Shown here: positions 22,213 to 35,431 of the stretch, in pieces
Layout of the letters: each line of letters opens with the position of its first letter
Position numbering within the stretch: the first letter of the stretch is position 1
Source of the DNA: Heptranchias perlo
Taxonomy: Eukaryota
NCBI RefSeq assembly: GCF_035084215.1
Contig: NC_090368.1
Location: 4,340,001 to 4,404,000 of the forward strand
DNA: 64,000 bases
Direction of reading: 5' to 3'
Notes under the pieces: model-generated
Told to the model about the DNA's origin: nothing
Seen by the model: only the letters and a program-made list of their open reading frames with translations
Database searches by the model: none
Program-made: the position numbers and the translations under genes

Positions 22213-24308
22213 CTGAAGGAAAGATCACACAGTTGGACACTTGGTTGGAAGTTTGCGATATACAGGATCACTATATCACGTAAACTAAGACCGGCATATT
22301 TTGAAGTAAAACCTCGGGGCCTGGAGGATCAGTGGTTAAACGAGCTGCGCGATCTGGCACCGAGCCACTCGGGCAAAGAAAACGGCAGAGAGGCCGAGTC
22401 GGCGCCCCATCACAAAACAGCGACTGAGGCACAATCAATCGCGGCCAGAACTGGAGCTAGAAATCACAGCCCTCCAAGCCAGGTACTCTGACTGTGCTGA
22501 CTCACGGGTCCCTTTGAGGTTGTGGAGATTTCCTTGCCACCTGATAACCATCGCAGTCAGCTCCCCCCTCTCCCCGTCACTCTGTACCCCCTCCACGACA
22601 CACACACACACACACACACACTAGAGTTTCATCCACTGCATAACTGCGAATTCCTAGCCTCTATGGAAAGCAAAATAAAAAGTGTCCACTTTGAAAAGGC
22701 ATTGCCTCCCTTCCCTTGTCATCTCCAGTTTGTGGGGGGAGACACTATCAGCCCTCAGCACCTCTGCCGATGTGGCTCTATAACCGGCTGCAAAACAAAA
22801 AGCCCAGAGGCAAAAGTTCCATCTCACCATCCACAGGAAAGCGCCTGGCTTCGGCCTACCAGCCCTCTCAAGTCTGCACGACTCAAAATCAGTTATGGAC
22901 TGCCCAGTCAAGACGATTTAAAATTACTTTAATTTACTTAGCACCTCACAACCACGACACTGGAACAACTTGCATTTGTAAAACATTTAACGTAATAAAA
23001 AGGTCCCAAGTTGCTTCATGTAGGAGAGGGGCAGACCAAACGGGAAAGGATCTGGGAGACAGTATGACTTAACTGAATCAGGGTACGATAAATACAGTAC
23101 CACCCAGTACAATTAAGTGCTACCCCCAGAGAACCTTCATTCCTTTTGTTTTCAGCAGACTCCATCGTTGCATGGCAAACAGCTTCCATGTGATTTACCC
23201 AAGTGCATCACAGGAACATTTCATCACGGCAGCTTCTAGTCACAGGTCCTTACAATGTCTTTATTAAACAGCTGGCTTAAGAGGAATTTAAAGTCACTTG
23301 CAACTTTTCCAACTTTGATTCTTTAGTCAAAAGAGCAGATTGAATGCATAATTCATGCCAAATGGCCCAAAGTGCTTTATACAGAATTAAATACTTTGTG
23401 CAGTTACTGTCTTAATGCATGTAAACATGGTAGACGGATCCATTTTATGCACAGCAGGATCCAACACACAGTTAAAACTGTTTTTGGTGGCTGTTAGTTG
23501 AGGGAGCAATGTTGGCCAGAACACCAGGAGAAGTCACTGCTTGAAGAGCAGGGAGAAGTCTCACTAGAATAGGCAGAGGGATCCTCAGTTCAACATCTCA
23601 TCCAAACGACAGCACTTTCCAACAATGCAGCACTCGTTCAGTACTGTGATCAGTTCTCAAGTCTTGGGGTGGGACTAAAACCCGCAACCTTCTGACCAAG
23701 AAGGGTGAGAGTGCTATCAACTGAGCCAAGTTGACAATAAACCTACAGTTTGATCACAAGTGATCAATACTCTTGTGTGATCACGAGTGGGGGAGGGAGA
23801 GAGATTCCTTGTTCGCCATCTATAGGGAATTGTAAGGACAGATTATAAAAGGATGCTTTTGAAATTCCACTACCAACAACTAACAGAGGAAATATGGGAT
23901 GCAGAGGCTGGGCTAAGCTCGGCTGTGACACCCTATTTCCCCCAATGCTGGAACAGCTTTAGGCTCACCCACAAGCTGCTCACGTCCGTGGGGCCCATTC
24001 CCCAGCACAGGTGGGTATGGCAGCGGACTAGCAACCCAGAGGTCGAGTTTGCATCCCACCCTGGCGACTTGTGACTTTGAATTCAATATATCTAGTAACT
24101 TGCGAGTTAGAGCGACGATGAAAGCTGCTGGGTGGCCACAAAAACCCAACTGGATCACTAATTTCCTTTGTGGATGGGAACACGGCCTGACCCACACTAC
24201 ATGGTTGTCTCTTAATGCCCTCTGAAGCAGTCCAGTAACTTAAGTTGCTTCAAGAGGGCAGCTCACTACCAACATCTCAGAGCATCTAGGGATGGGCAAT
24301 AAATCACA

Positions 24309-24965
24309 TCATACAACACAGGAGGCCATTCGGCCCATCGTGCCTGTGCTGGCTCTTTGAAAGAGCTATCCCATTAGTCCCACTCCCCCCCTGCTCTTTC
24401 CCCATTGCCCTGCAAATATCTCCTTTTCAAATATTTATCCAATTTCCTTTTGAAAGTTACTACTGAATCTGCTTCCATCACCCCTTTAAGGCAGTGCGTT
24501 CCAGATCAGAACGACCTGCTGCGTAAAAAAAAAATTCTCGTCTCCCCTCTGGTTCCTTTGCCAATTATCTAAAATCTGTCCCCTCTGGTTATCGACTCTC
24601 CTGCCAGTGGAAACAGTTTCTCCTTATTTACTCCATCAAAACCCTTCATGGTTTTGAACACCTCTATTAAATCCTCTGTTAAACTTCTCTGCTCCGAGAA
24701 CAATCCCAGTTTCTCCACATTACTGAAGTCCCTCATCCCCGAGACCTCTCCAGTGTCACCCACTACAGATAAGAACATAAGAAATAGGAGCAGGAGTAGG
24801 CCAATCGGCCCCTCGAGCCTGCTCCGCCATTCAATAAGATCATGGCTGATCTGATCCTAACCTCAAATCTAAATTCATGTCCAATTTCCTGCCCGCTCCC
24901 TGTAACCCCTAATTCCCTTTACTTCTAGGAAACTGTCTATTTCTGTTTTAAATTTATTTAATGAT
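24309..24965 (-). mobile_element. Two CR1 3' fragments (about 24309-24740 and 24771-24965)
   Basis: EKLGLFSEQR..DLIEVFKTMKGFD motif and CR1 tails. Confidence 0.8.
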
Positions 24966-25041
24966 AGATGGATAGATATAGATATAAAAAAAATGAATCC
25001 TTTTAGGAGAGGAAACTGGTAAAGAAAAAACACACACTTAC

Positions 25042-25095
25042 CAAAGGAAACCTGGTCTGAAGCATTTGCAAATCGTCATAGCCGTACACCTGAGG
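25042..25095 (-). CDS. UBAP2L: UBAP2L exon (PQVYGYDDLQMLQTRFPL)
   Basis: cag|...|gtaag, 54 nt, phase 0/0. Confidence 0.95.
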
Positions 25096-26002
25096 CTGGG
25101 ACAAAGAAAAAGTTAACAGAATTGGTCCAAATAAAAACCAACTTACAAGTCAAGTTGAATCTCATGTGTGGCGGGTCAATCAGCATTCTATGGGATCGCT
25201 CGAGTCCCAGTTTGCTGTTTCAACTGGGAGCGCCAATTTGGAAAAATTAGGGACATCACCTCTTAAAAACAAAAGTCCTTATGGGAAAGTGGTTGGCATC
25301 CCAAGGGACGTTTGGAATGAAGGTGACTCCCTTCCCTAATGCCAGCCTTACTGTCACACACCCCCTCCACTAGTGGAAATCTGCAACTCTCCCTCAAAAG
25401 GCTGGGGGTTACTGGGGGTCAATTGAAATCAAGACTGAGATTGATAGATGTGTGTGTCAGGTAGGGGCTAATCGGGATATGGCGCAAAGGCAGGTAAATG
25501 GAGCTGAGGTACAGAATGGCGTATCAGGCTCGAGGGGCTGAATGGCCTACACCAATATTTGTATGTTCCACCTGTGTCTTCAATCATGTCCAATGTCCTG
25601 GCCTGACAATCTCGCTCCCAGTTGTTGATCACCCTGTGTAATGAAATACATTTGGGCGTTGGTCCTAAACTTGCCCTTCACACCCTGTACCCCCTTGACC
25701 TTCTGTTCTAGGGTATCGGAAATGTATTCAGTGAAGTACTTTTGCCTACATTTTCCACATTTGTTGCAACAAATATCGAGTAGATCTGGGGAGGGTGCAG
25801 GAGGAAACTTGCTCAGGCACACACCACCTTTCTCCTTACCCGGGGCCGAAACTGCGCTCACCTACGTATGGGCAGGTCCATGCACTTAATGAGGAAAATG
25901 GGCTCTATCTATTTCCTGTTTACCCAAATTGAACCCAGGAATCACTTGTTAAGCCAAAATATGTGAGAAACTAACGCATTTTGTTCTCGCTATGTTCCTC
26001 AC

Positions 26003-26091
26003 CTGGTACGCTGGCAGAAGGCCTGGCGCCATGATGTATGGGTTAGGCAGCAATGGTGGAACCCCTGGAGGAAGATTTGGAGGAGCCTTCC
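26003..26091 (-). CDS. UBAP2L: UBAP2L exon (GKAPPNLPPGVPPLLPNPYIMAPGLLPAYQ)
   Basis: cag|...|gtgag, 89 nt, phase 1/0. Confidence 0.95.
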
Positions 26092-26225
26092 CTGAGAATC
26101 ATTAAAAAACAAATGTTAATACGAGCTGTGCATCACAGAATGTGATTTTAGCACCAGGGAGGAAACCCTGCTTCCACCTTATTGCACCAGGATTACAGTC
26201 AAGCATTCCAACGTAAATGTAAATG

Positions 26226-26408
26226 CTCCCTCTACACTGTCCCATCAAACACTCCCAGGGCAGGTACAGCACGGGTTAGATACAGAGTAAAGCTCCCTCT
26301 ACACTGTCCCATCAAACACTCCCAGGGCAGGTACAGCACGGGTTAGATACAGAGTAAAGCTCCCTCTACACTGTCCCATCAAGCACTCCCAGGGGAGGTA
26401 CAGCACAG
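26226..26408. repeat. 67-bp tandem repeat, about 2.7 copies
   Basis: Unit ctccctctacactgtcccatcaaacactcccagggcaggtacagcacgggttagatacagagtaaag; register 26292 to 26359. Confidence 0.9.
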
Positions 26409-28242
26409 ATGTGATGCAGAATCAAGTTCCCTTTACGCTGTCTCAATGAGCCCCAATCCCAACCTCAAGAGCACCTTCCAAATGGTGCCAAATGACAGTT
26501 TCCAGCCATCCTTGCAGGCTGAACGAGGCTGCCAGTCAGTGCTGAATCACAGAATAGTTTTGTGCTGTGGACTGACAGCCACAAACTGTTTTGGACACTT
26601 GGAGCTGTGCCCGACTCCATACCGACACTGCTCATCCTCAACCAAGGGCAGTCATTCAATATTCATTAGGCAACTCATGAGGGTGGGTGTGAATCCTTGC
26701 TAGGCAGATGGCAGACACTGACACCTCACCTCAAGTGGCATGGGGAGCAAGAGCCCATAAAATAATCTATTTCAATGTGGACCTGTACGGTCACTCATTA
26801 CATCCACCTGGGTTGTTAAAAGTCCAGGCCCCCAGAAACAAAAGGACAGCATATTGACAAAAAAAAATTGCCACCCACTTCCAGTTCCCTTTTATTAATC
26901 TTAAGACAGTGTGGTGGTTATAGTATTGATCTAGTAACGGAGGTCACCAGTTCAAATTCCACCATGGTAAATTGTTGCGCAGTCAATAGATCTTAAATTT
27001 GTAGGTTGGCATCAGGAAGAAAATATTAACCACAAGAGACTGTCGTAAAAACCCAACTGATTCATGACTGGAAAGAATTATGTATTGACTAGTGTCTTTC
27101 GTGTTCTCAGGATGTCCCAAAGTGCTTCGCGGCCAATGAAGTGCAGTCACTAATGTAGGGAAATACGGGGGGGGGGCAATTCACACACGGCAAGGTCTCA
27201 CAAACCAATGAGATACATGACCAAATCACCTGTCTTGGTGATTTGGTCATGTATCTCATACCATCACCAAGATGGTCATGAGATACATGACCAAATGAAT
27301 CTCATGACCATGGTCGGTTGGCTAAAACACCGGGAGAATTCTCCTCTCGTTCTTCGAATAGTGCCTGTGGGATCCGTTACAATCACCCGAGAGGGCCTCG
27401 GTTTAACTTTCCATCTGAAAGATGGGAAAGAAAAGGAACCTGCTGCCCTGCTCGGTCTGGTCTACACGTGACTCCAGTCCTATATGATACGGTTGACTCA
27501 ATGCCACTGCAAGCCACTCAGTTGGGGCAAATTGGGATGGGCAATACATGCAGCATTGCCCACATCCCAAGACATAAAACACAGTAAATCTCGTGGTAAA
27601 ATAAATAGATATATATATATCCTACACATTAATTCTGCTGTATGGATAACTTCAATATTTTGTAAATTCACTTTTCTCAGTCTCAAAAAGGTCTTGTCCC
27701 AGTCTCAATGTCTCACTGATTTATGCCTGGGTGCAGGAGCAAGACTGGGTTGTTTTTGTGAAAACTACTCGATAAGAGCGGTCTCCCTGATCAAAAACAA
27801 GAAAACGTCGGCTTAATTCTGCAATTTGCAGCCAGCTACTGACATTACATTCTCAAACTGCACAAGCTTGCAGTTCCAGTATGGGCAAATTAAGCAAACT
27901 CCATGTTTTGTTTAAAGAGAAAAAAAAATTCGCCCACTAAACGGGCTGTTCTACGCAAAGGAAGAAGCCGCGGATGCTAGAAACCTGAAATTTTAAAATA
28001 AAATCCACTAAATGCACAGGAGGTCTTTCAGCACCTGAATGGAGAAGAGATGTCAAAGGAAGCACATCCCACGTTCTGACCCGACACATACAATCTTTTT
28101 CTCTTGATGTGCTGATGGACCTGTTTTTCTATATGAAGATGTGCGAATGTACACAGCCAAACTGTTCCAAGGTTAACGCGACTTGTCGACCCACGTTGAT
28201 GAAAAGTATGGTCTTGTAGGAGTTACATTACAACAGAAAGAA

Positions 28243-28690
28243 AGAACTTGCATTTATATAGCACCTTTCATGACCTCAGGACATCCAAAAGTGCTTTACA
28301 GCTAACGAAGCACTTTTTGAAGTGCAGTCACTGTCTTAATGCAGGAAACGCAGCAGCCAATTTGAACACAGCAAGATCCCACAAACAGCAATTTGATAAT
28401 GACTGGATAATCTTTAAGGTGCTGGTTGACGGATAAATATTGGCCAGGACCAGGGAGAACTTCCCACTTCAAATTAGTGCCATGGGATCTTATACGTCCA
28501 CCTGAGGGCGACAGACGAGGCCTCGGTTTAACATCTCATCCGAAAAGCGGCACCTTTGAGTGCAGCACTCCCTCAGTGCTGCCCTGGAGTGTCGGCCTAG
28601 ATTTTGTGCTCTAGTCTCCGGAACGCGGGCTCGAACCCACGACCTTCTGACTCAGAGGCGAGAGTGCTACCCACTGAGTTTCAGACACAC
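28243..28690 (-). mobile_element. Full-length tRNA-derived SINE
   Basis: Same family as 13750-14208. Confidence 0.85.
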
Positions 28691-28762
28691 CGATGACGTG
28701 GCGACTAGTGAGCATTGAGCTCCTGCGCCAATACAGGGGAACTGCAGGGAAATCTAAAAAAA

Positions 28763-28763
<1 letters not shown>

Positions 28764-28799
<36 letters not shown>
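28764..28799. repeat. (CA)n microsatellite
   Basis: Direct observation; similar tracts at about 22599-22620 and 48462-48499. Confidence 0.95.
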
Positions 28800-28801
<2 letters not shown>

Positions 28802-28870
28802 TCTACGCCCTTTGTTTTTTTTTTGGCTGGGGTTTTCTCCCGACACACTCTGCTCGTCTGGTTCCGTTAC

Positions 28871-29063
28871 CTGAAGTGGTTGCTACAGAGCTGCGGGATG
28901 ACGCCGTCACAGTGGAGTTACTGACTAGACTCAGGCCCAGGCTGCTCACGCCTCCGAGGGTGCTGACCACGCTCGGTGATGGAGCGACCGACACCGTGCT
29001 TGCCGCCGTGGAGAAAGTGCTGGGGGATGAGTGGAGGCACGCTTCGCTTTCCACACTTGTATG
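28871..29063 (-). CDS. UBAP2L: UBAP2L exon (HTSVESEACLHSSPSTFST...SSVATTS)
   Basis: tag|...|gtaac, 193 nt, phase 0/1. Confidence 0.95.
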
Positions 29064-29780
29064 CTAGAAAGAGGAAAGTGGGAATGTTTAAAAAAGGAAA
29101 GTTAGGAATGAGTTATTCTAAAAACCTGTTAAATAAAAAAAAATTCCAAGACATCAATATTGAGATACAAAACAAGAGAACATTTATGACCTAATAATTG
29201 CATAAGAACATAAGAATCAGGAGCAGTGGGCCATTCGGCCCCTCGAGCCTGCTCCGCCATTCAAGATCATGGCTGATCTTCAACTTCGACTCCACTTTCC
29301 TGCCCGATCCCCATATCCCTTGATTCCCCGAGAATCCAAAAAAGCTGTCCATCTCAGCCCTGAATATACTCAACGATTCAACATCCACATATGAGCACAG
29401 TTCTTGCAAAATTTTCAGACCATTTCATCCACCTAATTCAACCCTCCCCAACGTCTCCCCCCCACCCCACTCTCCCATCTAACTGCCTCCTGAATGATCG
29501 CAGATTTTTTTTTAAACCCTCCAATCTCCTAACATGGAGACCATCCAAGGCACTGACCAATCTCGAGGAAAAGACATCAGTCCTGATCTTGCCTTTCACC
29601 AGTTTGCACCCAAGTCCTCTTGTCCTGCAGTCAAAGCTTAATTGAAAAGCAGCTCTCTTGTCTATTCCACTTGGTATTATATCTGTAGAAGTTCTCCCCT
29701 CATTCTCCTCCTTTTAAGGCTAAAGGAAACAAGGTTCTCCTGGCCTTTCTTCACAATTCAACCCTTTCTGCGCTGCCGCC

Positions 29781-30137
29781 AACAACTTGCATTTATATGG
29801 TGCCTTTAATGTAGTAAGACATCCCAATGCGTTTCATAGGAGTGTTAAGACAAAATTTAACACTGAGGAGATATGATAGGTGGTCAAAGAGGTAGGTTTT
29901 TAAGGAGTGTCTTAAAGGATGAGAGGGAGGAGAGGTTAAGGGAGGGAATTCCAGAGCTTTGGGCCTAGGCAGCAGAAGGCACGGCCGCCAATGGAAATCG
30001 GGGATGCACAACAGGCCAGAATTGGAGGAGCGCAGAGTACTCAGAAGGTTGTAGGGCAGAGATAGGGAGGGGGCGATGCCATGGAGGGATTTGAACACAA
30101 GGATGAGAATTTTAAATTCAAGGCATTGCCGGACCAG
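29781..30137 (-). mobile_element. L2-clade LINE 3' end
   Basis: FKILILVFKSLHGIAP motif; homologous to 16034-16625. Confidence 0.8.
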
Positions 30138-31569
30138 TGCTTGGATACTACCCTTGTGTCTCGAAGACCAGAACGTCAGATTCACATGCCAGTCTTTCCA
30201 CAATGTGGAACGCAGCAAGCAGAGGACAGGTGGCTTTTGACAGGGCATCCCGGGGATATGTGAGAGAGAGAGCGCGCGCGCGAGAGAAAATAATCCAGGT
30301 GGAATGTGCACTACCTCCCAACAGGTCACCAGCATCTGAAGTCTTCAATAAACATCTGTCCCATTGCGAAGAGGTTGTGTCCAATGATTACATTTACAGG
30401 TCTGAAGGAAAGCTAATCATGCCTCACCTTAAAGTAGGTCTGAACTAAACAATACCACAATCCTAAAAACTGATGAGCAATTTACCTCTGTTACATTATA
30501 TACAAAACACAACAGGAATACTGGTTTTAATCCACTAGTGAATACCTAGGCACAGGCAGCTCTATTTAAACCACACACAATTGGTCACTTCATACAAATT
30601 ATGACAAAAAAACAAAACTAATTCCTAATGCTGTATTGATTTTAAAAAAAAATGCCATCTGCCCCCAATTTTCTCCCCGTCACTTCTGAAGGTGCTGAAC
30701 TCTTGCTGGGACACAGTTCCACAGGAATTAGTCACACTTTGCCCCAGTGGTCATTATTCAGTTGCAAGAGAGGAGGCGGCTCAAAAAGTGGGGTGGGGGG
30801 GGGGGGGGGGGGGGGGGGGGGAGGGGAAAGAGCGGGCAATGCAGCTGACTCCTGACCCCTTCCACAGCCAATCTCTGCACCCCTACAGCCTCCAGCTGGG
30901 AGTCACCTGTGCTGATTTCGACAGCACCTCCCATCCCCGCGACCTCTACCATCCAGAAGGTCAGGCTTCCCAAACCCCCCCCACCCCCGAGTCATAGTTT
31001 TTCTTGTACAAACCTTTGATGTTATGCTCTAAAGAGGAACCTATTACCGTTTATATTGCAGCAATCTCCTCTCTCACACTCCCCACTGCCGAGATCAAAA
31101 ACCTGTGTTTGTTTTAGCTTCACATTATCCAGCTAGCTGGAATCATAGAATCGTTACAGCACAGAAGGCGGCCATTCGGCCCATCGAGCCCCTGCCGGCT
31201 CTTTGTGGAAGTGATCCGGTTAGTCCCATTTCCCCCCCCCCCACCCCCGCTGTTCCTGTTAAATTTATGCAACAAATGGAAAGAGCTGGATTTGAGCTCC
31301 CACTTATCAAGGACACATTCTCTAAACAGTCAGCCAACCGCAACCCCTATTTATTTAGGTCTACATGTGCCTTTCCTTTTCCGTATAAAAGTAATGTAAA
31401 AACATTGCATGCTCACTTCTTACGGTGAGGGGAGAAAACAAAACCAAGTAGTCATCCTGGGTAATGCACCTCCTAGTAGCCAGGTGGAGCATTACAAGGA
31501 GGTTGAGGGCTGGTTGCCTGCACACTCTTGAGCAAGAGAAGACCACTGAGGGAAAACAAATTAACTTAC

Positions 31570-31639
31570 CAAGTGAGTCGAAGTTGAAGTGCGTGCTGAG
31601 GAAGAAGAAAGGCTGCTGCTCTGTTGAGTAGACGAAGCA
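31570..31639 (-). CDS. UBAP2L: UBAP2L exon (ASSTQQSSSLSSSSARTSTSTHL)
   Basis: cag|...|gtaag, 70 nt, phase 2/0. Confidence 0.92.
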
Positions 31640-32137
31640 CTGAGAGGGGGGAAAAGGGAAAAAAATTATACATTAAAACCGCACTGATATATATTTATCT
31701 GCACAACTCCAAGTGTCAAGTCCAGCTACCAGGAGGGATTTTAGCGTTACACCAGTTGGGTGTGAACTACAATTCTTTCCCTTGTGCACAAGGCCAGAGG
31801 TGGACTCCCGTCACTTGATGGGGGAAGTAAGTGCTTGGAACCTTTAGTGCTCTGGGAGAACGGAAAGGCACAAGATTCCCCGCGCCATCTGAAATGGGAC
31901 CCTGCCTTCGGCACGATTCTCAGCCAGGCATAACTCGAACACGGGAAGGAGTCCTTTCCAGGGAAGGAGATGGGAGTTCATTCTGGAACCATTTGCCACT
32001 AATGTTTTTCCAAGCAGGGTTTTGGAAAAGCGTGGGGGGGGAAAAAGAAAAGAAAGAGCGAGAAAGAAAAGATGATCTAAAGAATCAAATTAAAATTACC
32101 TAAAAAGAGATTTTGCAAACCGAAATGAGCTGCTCAC

Positions 32138-32312
32138 CTGCTCTGTTGTGTGGTGGTGGTGCTTGGGAGCTCCTCAGTGTGGCTAAGGCTGGTCAGCCCT
32201 GCGGGGTGCTGGTTATTCGATGTTAATAGCGACGATGCAGATACTGCATTCGAGAGTGAAGCCATACTGGGGACTGCGGGCGAGTCCGGCTTCACTGCAG
32301 AACCAGCTGCAG
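32138..32312 (-). CDS. UBAP2L: UBAP2L exon (AAAGSAVKPDSP...ELPSTTTTQQS)
   Basis: cag|...|gtgag, 175 nt, phase 1/2. Confidence 0.92.
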
Positions 32313-32811
32313 CTGAACAAAAAACAGGAGACGCTGAACGTTAGCTAAGCCAGTGGAACAAGTTGGTTTGTACACCCTCTCCATAAATTGCCTTTCCACC
32401 TACACAGCCCGATTCCAAGGTCACTTGCCCAAAACCACTACTGGAAAAACTTGCATGGCTAGGGTAATGATTTCTGTTTTTTTAAAATTAAAAAAATTCT
32501 TCCTTCCTCCCCTTCAATAGACTCCGCTGTTTATTGCAATTTGAAGCAATTTCCAGATTTACCTTTTCTACACTGTTTACTATATTATATCCCTCTCTAA
32601 GATAACCTCTTGGATGCCTTCATACAAGGCTGAAAGGCCCAAATCTCTCATTACTCAGACCTGTCCTTAGCCAATATTCACACAGGAGTCACTACATAAA
32701 GCCACCAGACCTGGTAAATCGCCCAGTCCTTTCCCTCACCCAGGGCATGAAGGGTAATTGTAGCTCATCTACTGCCAACCCGGTTGAGAGCAGGTAGCTT
32801 AGTGATACTAA

Positions 32812-33048
32812 AACAAAAAGCAAAAATACTGCGGACGCTGGAAATCTGAAACAGAAACCGATTCCGTGCTGTAACTAGTCTATGATTCTACAAAATGCTG
32901 GAAATACTCAGGTCAGGCAGCATGAGGAGAGACAGAAACAGAGTTAACAATTCAGGTCAATGACTGTCCAAGGTTATGAACCTGAAATGCTTCTCTCGAC
33001 ACAGATGCTACCTGACCTGGAGTGTTTCCAGCATTTTCTGTTTTTACA
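32812..33048. mobile_element. Decayed palindromic Penelope-like remnant with a ~30-bp CR1 tail inserted
   Basis: Inverted arms aaaatgctggaaatactcaggtcaggcagcat / atgctacctgacctggagtgtttccagcatttt. Confidence 0.55.
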
Positions 33049-34672
33049 ACTTAGTAACGCTGTTTTTTTCCCCCCCTCGTTCAACTTACACGTGTAAAGT
33101 AAATTTAAAACTGGATCTTCTCCCTCTCCCATATTACATTAATGTATCGGCTTTACGAGTGGTTAAGTAGAAGCACCCTCTCCATATAAACTGTAGTCCC
33201 GTAGTACAAATGGTAAGAAAAATAAATCAATGGTTTCGACATCAAACACGCATCAGTCTGGAGATAAAGCAACTCTAAACGGTCTCCACAGCAGAGGATG
33301 AAAAAAAACCTGCTGGAAATCAGAAATAACAAGCTGCAAATACACAGCATCTGTAAAGAGACAGGTCTAAAGAAAGAGAAGGGTCAGCATTTCTGATGAA
33401 GGGTCTCTTCCACTTATAGCTGTGCTCTGCGTTTCCATTTTTACTTCTCCATAGCAGCAGGAGGCTGCTCTCGGCAACGAGTTGCAATGACCAAAATGGT
33501 GATGGCTGCTGGACACGGGAAGCAGGACCTGTACATTTAATAGGGGCTGTACTCCCAACACAAATCAACATCTTCAGGAGCGAAAAACAAAATGGGATTG
33601 GGGTGGTGGTGGGGGGGGGTGGAAAAAAAGTAGTTTGGAACAGAGTCTCTTGACAACCATTTCCACTAACCCTAATGCAAATGGGACCCCAAAATCTAAA
33701 AATACTCATGCCCGCTGCTACATGAAACTATTTGAGCAGTCCTTGCTACTTAGCGCGTTAGAAAATACTCCAAACGGACCTGCTGCCTGCCAGAATAGTA
33801 CCACATATCCACCCCACCCGAGTGGTGCTGGGTTACTGCAGTGAAGGATTCACATTTATGCCACTTTAACCAGGCAGGCTGCAGATCACCTGCTATGACT
33901 GGTGCAGCCCCACCCGCCCTCCTTGCATATTATCATCAAGTACTACAGGGAGGTTACAGGACCTGATGAGAACCGCATTGAGCTGCACAAGCCTGGTTAG
34001 TCTCAGTGCTGTAATTGAGAACCTAAAAAAGGTATCAAGTGCCCGTGCTGCCTCTGCCGATTTCAGAAATCAGCAAGGACCGCCATCTCACCCTGTCACC
34101 TTTCTCCACGAGGCAAAAAGCAGCACTGCAAAGTTGCAGTTGTGTGGGATGACGGTTGACTGGAAAGCTAGGATGCAGGTACATTTAGGAAAGGATTCCT
34201 TCTGGTAGCTTTGTGCAGCAATGTGAAATACACTTGAAGATTCTCCCTGCTCAGTATTTCTAGTGAGACAAAAACGTATAGAATGCTACAGACAGCGACC
34301 AGAAGTACTCTCCACTCCCCATAGTTTGAGAACGGGCACGTGTGTAGATGTTGGCGAGGACAGGATCGGGCTTGGCTGCAATATTTGCAACGCTCGGTGT
34401 CTAAGCTCCCGAATGGAAGAGTGGATACTTGGGTTGGCTCCCATGAAGCTGAACGTGGCAGAGAAGTCAGTAAACAAACTGGGGGGGGGGGGGGGGTGGG
34501 GGGGGGGAGACGGACACTTTATTGCCATGGACTTCAAGGTTTAACGAAATTTAGATTCAAACCCACTAAAAACCCAGTTTAACAGTGCACAGGGCCACGC
34601 GTGCATGTTTCATCCTGCCCTCTCACCAACATTGCGAGGTAATGCCAGAGCCTGGACCTGCTATTACATACA

Positions 34673-35066
34673 ATTTACAGCACAGATACAGGCTAGCCAG
34701 CCCGCCCAACTGGTCTATGCTGGTGTTTATGCTCCACACGAGCCTCCTCCCACCCCTCTTCAACTCACCCTATCAGCATATCCTTCTGTTCCTTTCTCTC
34801 TTGTGTCCATATCTAGCTTCCCCTTAAATGCATTTATGCTATTCACCTCAACCATTCCTTGTGGGAGCGAGTTCCACATTCTCACCACTCTCTGGGTAAA
34901 GACGTTTCTCCTGAATTCCCTATTGGATTTATTAGTGACTATCTTATATTTATGACCTATAGTTCTGGTCTGCACCATAAGAGGAAACATCTTCTCTACG
35001 TCTACCCTATCGAACCCCTTCATCGTTTTAGAGACCTCTATCGGGTCATTCCTCAGCCTTCTCTTA
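34673..35066 (-). mobile_element. CR1 3' fragment
   Basis: RRLRNDPIEVSKTMKGFDRVD...FTQRVVRMWNSLP. Confidence 0.85.
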
Positions 35067-35095
35067 ATCAATGGCCTTTGCGAAGTTTGACCCAC

Positions 35096-35135
35096 CTTCG
35101 ATAGACTGCGATGTCTGTATCGTACTGAAGCCGTT
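35096..35135 (-). CDS. UBAP2L: UBAP2L exon (NGFSTIQTSQSIE)
   Basis: cag|...|gtggg, 40 nt, phase 0/1; preceded by a 106-nt intron. Confidence 0.9.
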
Positions 35136-35241
35136 CTGGAAGAGAAATCACGAGTCAGCACAGATTTCAGAAACTGGAGAATAAAATGAAACACCTCTCC
35201 CTCCACCCTCCACCCCCATTACCGAAGACGGAGTTCGTTAC

Positions 35242-35431
35242 CTTGGCTTGCGTCAGGTCTTTCTGAGGGGAGGAGGAGAGGGAGTTGGAGTACGCTGCCC
35301 GCTGGTTAGAACTCTGATCGTACTGCGTCACTGGAGCACTGTTCTGGGCCGTGAACGCCGAGGACGTGATCGTGTTGGGCTGGTACCCGGAATCCTGACT
35401 CTGATTGGATGAGATCGTTGAAGATGACTCG
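35242..35431 (-). CDS. UBAP2L: UBAP2L exon (ESSSTISSNQSQDSGYQ...SPQKDLTQAK)
   Basis: tag|...|gtaac, 190 nt, phase 2/0. Confidence 0.95.

Noticed and set aside
22213-22450. SNORA58-like H/ACA snoRNA at the position expected from human UBAP2L
   Set aside because: No suitably placed ACA box or recognisable similarity
33445-33528. Possible cassette exon (VLLPVSSSHHHFGH...)
   Set aside because: Weak acceptor and donor, no resemblance to UBAP2L, and not needed for frame continuity
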